This document shows positions 60,181-64,000 of a stretch of 64,000 bases of DNA, one piece after another (within the stretch, counting starts at the first letter, position 1; each line of letters starts with the position of its first letter). The notes under the pieces are model-generated. The model did not search any database. It saw only the letters and a list, made by a program, of their open reading frames with translations, and had not been told where the DNA came from. Position numbers and translations under genes: made by a program. The stretch is from Nitrospirota bacterium (GTDB lineage: Bacteria > Nitrospirota > UBA9217): positions 1 to 64,000 of the forward strand of contig CAVUCU010000003.1 of assembly GCA_963740085.1 (NCBI GenBank), read 5' to 3'.

Positions 60181-61437
60181 GTGACAACATTGGATACAGT
60201 AATTGTAGGTGCTGGTCAAGCCGGTCTCGGGGTCAGTTATTATCTGAAACGGGATGGCCGCCGGCATATTATCTTTGAGCAAGGACGGATAGGCGAAACG
60301 TGGTTATCCCAGCGTTGGGATTCATTCAGGCTCAATAGCCCCAATTTTTTGAACGCTTTGCCCGGTTTCCCCTACGACGGCCCGGAGCCCGATGGTTTCG
60401 GGCGGTGCGATGAACTGGTCTCCTATTTTCAACGATACGTCGAGCTGTTCCAATTGCCGGTTCGAACGGGTGTCACGGTCGCCTCGGTCGAGCATGCCGA
60501 AGATGGGGAACACTTTATCGTGAGAACAAGGACCGGCGGACAGGAAGAAGCGGTCCAAAGCCGTTCCCTTGTCATCGCTTCCGGTATCCAGCGGACACCG
60601 AAATTCCCTTTGATCCGCTCCCGCATACCCAGCAATATTACGCAGCTGCATACTGCTGACTACCGCAGCGCGGCAGCGTTGCCGCCGGGTGCAGTCGTCG
60701 TTGTCGGCAGCGGGCAATCAGGCTGCCAGATAGCCGAAGAACTGCTGTCCGTCGGCCGGACGGTGTATCTTTGCACAGGCAAAGTTGGGCGGGTTCCCCG
60801 CCGATATCGGGGACGCGATCTGTTCGCATGGTGGGTTGATACGAAGTTTTGGGACGTCACCTTTGCCAGTCTGGCGGACAAGGCTATTAGCCGCGCGGCT
60901 CAGCCGCAGGTCTCCGGTCTTGGACGCCATGGGCACACCGTCAGCCTGCAATACCTGGCGCGCCAGGGTGCGGTGATCCTGGGGCGCCTGCTGGACGTAG
61001 AAGCAGACACGCTCGTTCTGAGCGATGAGGCGGCCGCCCATGTCCGCTTCGCCGATGAATTCTCGCAAAGGTTAAAGGACGGCGTTGATGCCTACCTGAC
61101 ACAGGCAGGTATCACCTCGCCGCCACCCGAGGCTGATCCGGCGGACGTACCCGATCCCCTGGCCGGGTGCGTTTCGCCGTTGCGACGGCTGAATTTTCGC
61201 GAGGCAGGGGTCAGCACCGTTATCTGGGCCACGGGGTTCACGGCAGATTTCAGCTGGTTGCACTTGCCGGCACTCGACGCAGAAGGTAAGCCGGTCCATG
61301 AGCGGGGAATTTCGCCGGTGCGCGGTCTGTACTTCGTCGGATTTCCCTGGCTTAACAGTCGAAAATCAGGCATCATTTATGGAATAGAGGAAGACACCCA
61401 TTACATCGCTGGTGCAATTGCACAACAATTGGCCTAA
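60181..61437 (+). CDS. Flavin-containing monooxygenase (CzcO/MSMEG_0569-like)
   Basis: GAGQAG, RWDSF, LHTADY, GSGQSG.QI, IWATGF. Confidence 0.9.
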   Translation: MTTLDTVIVGAGQAGLGVSYYLKRDGRRHIIFEQGRIGETWLSQRWDSFRLNSPNFLNALPGFPYDGPEPDGFGRCDELVSYFQRYVELFQLPVRTGVTVASVEHAEDGEHFIVRTRTGGQEEAVQSRSLVIASGIQRTPKFPLIRSRIPSNITQLHTADYRSAAALPPGAVVVVGSGQSGCQIAEELLSVGRTVYLCTGKVGRVPRRYRGRDLFAWWVDTKFWDVTFASLADKAISRAAQPQVSGLGRHGHTVSLQYLARQGAVILGRLLDVEADTLVLSDEAAAHVRFADEFSQRLKDGVDAYLTQAGITSPPPEADPADVPDPLAGCVSPLRRLNFREAGVSTVIWATGFTADFSWLHLPALDAEGKPVHERGISPVRGLYFVGFPWLNSRKSGIIYGIEEDTHYIAGAIAQQLA

Positions 61438-61604
61438 GGACGCACAATAAAGCGCCCAACGCGAGGAACCAACAGAAGGTCCTATAGGCTCCCTATTTAT
61501 GTCGATTCAAGAAATCGCACCATTTATGCGTAGGATTGTTCAGCTGAGCTGGCATAACCCATGATAAAAGTCGCAGCCGCGAAAGCGTGCAAGGAAGGGG
61601 TAGT

Positions 61605-62783
61605 ATGAAGAACGAACTTTCGCCTGAAGCGAAAAGTGAAGGGAACGAAAGCGTGCCGGAAGCACCGGGACCTGCTCCAGCGGCGCTGCGCATGCCGGTT
61701 GATGTCAGCAGTTTTTCGCTCTCTCTGCTCACGGTGCTCGCGGTCATCTTCGTGCTGCATTGGGCCGCGGCGATATTCATCCCGTTGATGTTGGGTGTGA
61801 TGATCAGCTATGCGCTTTCTCCCCTCGTCAACCTGATGCAAAAATGGCGGATTCCGCGCGCTATCGGGGCCGCAGTATTGCTGCTCGTTATCGTGGGAGG
61901 GACCGTCTCTATCGCTTATTCGCTCAGCGACGATGCAGCCAAGATGATCGAAACCCTGCCCAGCGCCGCGCAGAAGATCCGCCTGGCGAGGCTCAAAGAC
62001 CGGGGAACGTCCAAAGGCACGATGGAAAATGTGCAAAAAACCGCGACCCAACTTGAGCGGGCAGCGAGTGAGACAGGCGCTCCGGAGCCTGCCGCTCCGA
62101 GCGGGGTGACGCGGGTGCAGATCGAAAAGCCAAAACTGAATATCAAAGACTACCTTTGGATGGGAACCAAGGGCGCCTTCGTGTTTGCCGGCCAGCTAAC
62201 CATGGTATTGTTTCTGGCGTATTTTATGATGGTTGCCGGCAACACGTTTCGGCGCAAGCTGGTCAAGATCACCGGCCCTGCCCTCAGCAAGAAAAAGATC
62301 ACCCTTCAAGTGCTGGATGAAATCGCCGGCCAGATCCAGCGCTATCTGCTGGTGCAGATATTCACCAGCTTTGTGGTGGGCATAGCGACCTGGCTCGCAT
62401 TTGTCTGGATCGGCCTGGAGAATGCGGCAATCTGGGGAATCGTAGCCGGGGTATTCAATACGGTGCCCTATCTCGGCCCGGTCATTGTTACCGGCGGCAC
62501 GGCGCTCGTGGCCTTTCTCCAATTCGGGACATTCAGCATGGCGTTTCTGGTTGCGGGCACCTCGCTCGTCATCACCAGTCTCGAAGGTTACCTGCTGACG
62601 CCGTGGCTTACCGGTCGGGCAAGCCGGATGAGCCCGGTGGTGGTTTTCGTCAGCGTACTGTTCTGGGGTTGGTTGTGGGGCGTGTGGGGGTTATTGCTGG
62701 GCGTGCCCATTATCATGATTCTCAAGGCGGTATGCGATCGGGTGGAGGAATTGAAGCCCATCGGCGAATTGCTCGGCGATTAG
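61605..62783 (+). CDS. AI-2E family transporter
   Basis: ALSPLV, NTVPYLGP, LEGYLLTP, WGVWGLLLGVP. Confidence 0.93.
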   Translation: MKNELSPEAKSEGNESVPEAPGPAPAALRMPVDVSSFSLSLLTVLAVIFVLHWAAAIFIPLMLGVMISYALSPLVNLMQKWRIPRAIGAAVLLLVIVGGTVSIAYSLSDDAAKMIETLPSAAQKIRLARLKDRGTSKGTMENVQKTATQLERAASETGAPEPAAPSGVTRVQIEKPKLNIKDYLWMGTKGAFVFAGQLTMVLFLAYFMMVAGNTFRRKLVKITGPALSKKKITLQVLDEIAGQIQRYLLVQIFTSFVVGIATWLAFVWIGLENAAIWGIVAGVFNTVPYLGPVIVTGGTALVAFLQFGTFSMAFLVAGTSLVITSLEGYLLTPWLTGRASRMSPVVVFVSVLFWGWLWGVWGLLLGVPIIMILKAVCDRVEELKPIGELLGD

Positions 62784-62939
62784 GAGTGAATTCTTAATTT
62801 CAGCACTCACGGCTTTTTTGATTTGGTCTATCATCGCACACTATTTCACTTCCAATTATTATCTTTCTGTACTAATGGGCGTAGCCGGCATTATCTTTAA
62901 TGGATTTATACAATCAACGGATGCATGGAGGTAACGCTG

Positions 62940-63209
62940 ATGTGTAGAAACATCAAAACCCTGTTCAACTTCGAACCGCCCGTAACGGATGAAGAGATTC
63001 GTGCGGCGGCACTGCAATTCGTGAGAAAAGTGAGCGGTTTCAATAAACCATCGAAAGCCAACGAAGCTGTGTTCCTTACGGCCGTTGACGAGGTAGCGGC
63101 AGTTTCCAGAAAACTTCTGAGCTCGCTTGAGACCAGCGCACCGCCCAGGAACCGTGCAGAAGAGGCCGCCAAGGCACGGGCGCGTGCTGCTCAGCGGTTT
63201 TCCACTTAA
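62940..63209 (+). CDS. DUF2277 family protein
   Basis: MCRNIKTLFNFEPP..EIRAAALQFVRKVSG. Confidence 0.9.
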   Translation: MCRNIKTLFNFEPPVTDEEIRAAALQFVRKVSGFNKPSKANEAVFLTAVDEVAAVSRKLLSSLETSAPPRNRAEEAAKARARAAQRFST

Positions 63210-63247
63210 AACTGGCTGACTGGAGTTTTTTTCGCTACAATACGGCC

Positions 63248-64000
63248 ATGATCATCCCCTTCTTTATCCCTCATTCCGGCTGCCCGCACCAGTGCGTGTT
63301 CTGCAACCAGAAGAACATTACCGGCCAGGCAAAGCCGGTCCCATCTTCCGCGATCCCTCGGAAGATAACCGAGTACCTTGCCAGCACCAACTCCGTTGAG
63401 CCAGCACACGTGGCATTTTACGGCGGAAGCTTTACCGCCCTGCCGATTGAAACGCAGAAAACATATCTCATCGCTGTCCAACCCTTCATCCAGGCTTGTC
63501 ACATTGCAGATATCAGGCTCTCCACCCGGCCCGATCGCATCACCAACGAGGTCCTCAACCTGCTCAAGGAATATCACGTAACCACCATTGAACTCGGCGT
63601 CCAATCCATGGATGATGCGGTTCTCACCCGTTCCGGCCGTGGTCACACAGCAGCCGATACCGTGAATGCGGTAAAGCTTATAAAATCCCGTGATTTTCTG
63701 ATCGGCCTTCAGCTGATGCCCGGTTTGCCCGGTGATTCTGCCGAGAGCTTCATGAGAACGGCAAACAGGGTCATTGAGCTCAAGCCTGACTTCGTCAGAA
63801 TCTATCCCGCCCTCGTGATCAAAGACACACCGCTCGAAGACCTGTATACGACCGATCGCTATGTGCCGCTCTCTCTTCATGATGCCGTTGCGTTGTGCCG
63901 GGAAGCTCTCGAAAGGTTCGAACGGGCGGGAATCGACGTGATAAGGATCGGTTTGCAGCCGACAGAGGAGCTGGAAAAACACGGAACGATCGTGGCCGGA
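63248..64000 (+). CDS. Elp3/YhcC-like radical SAM protein, 3' end beyond the window
   Basis: MIIPFFIPHSGCPHQCVFCNQ, AFYGGSFT, STRPD, IELGVQS, RIYP. Confidence 0.9.
   Translation, partial: MIIPFFIPHSGCPHQCVFCNQKNITGQAKPVPSSAIPRKITEYLASTNSVEPAHVAFYGGSFTALPIETQKTYLIAVQPFIQACHIADIRLSTRPDRITNEVLNLLKEYHVTTIELGVQSMDDAVLTRSGRGHTAADTVNAVKLIKSRDFLIGLQLMPGLPGDSAESFMRTANRVIELKPDFVRIYPALVIKDTPLEDLYTTDRYVPLSLHDAVALCREALERFERAGIDVIRIGLQPTEELEKHGTIVAG

Noticed and set aside
60115-61600. Further attC sites after 60114 and 61437
   Set aside because: Partial R''-like words (TCTAAAC, GCCCAAC) without a matching complementary arm and GTT box
9521-64000. Genomic island integrated at tRNA-Ser
   Set aside because: Segment 2 holds core genes of another phylum, with no integrase and no tRNA 3' duplication seen
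1-64000. CRISPR array; many antisense or overlapping ORFs in the ORF track
   Set aside because: No regularly spaced repeats with unique spacers and no cas genes; shadow ORFs overlap well-supported genes and lack motifs

Overview
The window joins two unrelated sequences at about 9,825-9,830. Segment 1 (1-9.83 kb) is very GC-rich and actinobacterial in character (Thermoleophilia/Gaiella-like, inferred). It is full of single-base indels typical of uncorrected long reads and carries pspA-pspAA, htpX-pspAB, a GT-C-like membrane protein, serS and tRNA-Ser(UGA). Segment 2 (9.83-64 kb) has moderate GC, is almost error-free, and comes from a diderm (Nitrospirota/Desulfobacterota-like, inferred). It carries lptCAB-rpoN-hpf-ptsN-hprK-rapZ-mannose-type PTS-ptsH-ptsI, a Ni/Co ECF transporter, yebC-ruvCAB-queH, degP, bioA and a yceD-rpmF-plsX-fab-rnc operon. 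Main observations: (1) an acyl-CoA dehydrogenase-EtfB-EtfA(Fd) trio with bifurcating-type motifs sits between fabH and fabD in a fab operon that has no fabI/fabK, making it a candidate novel enoyl-ACP reductase or primer-supply system; (2) an integrase-less integron cassette array follows rnc, with an attI-like site, a promoter, 4 good attC sites plus 1 degenerate one, and a HEPN/AbiU2-like first cassette; (3) many intergenic gaps contain 7/8/9-bp periodic, mostly inverted-repeat elements; (4) a CobD-like protein lacks its PLP lysine; (5) a candidate -1 frameshift may join ptsN to hprK. All calls come from motif recognition by eye; no database searches were run.
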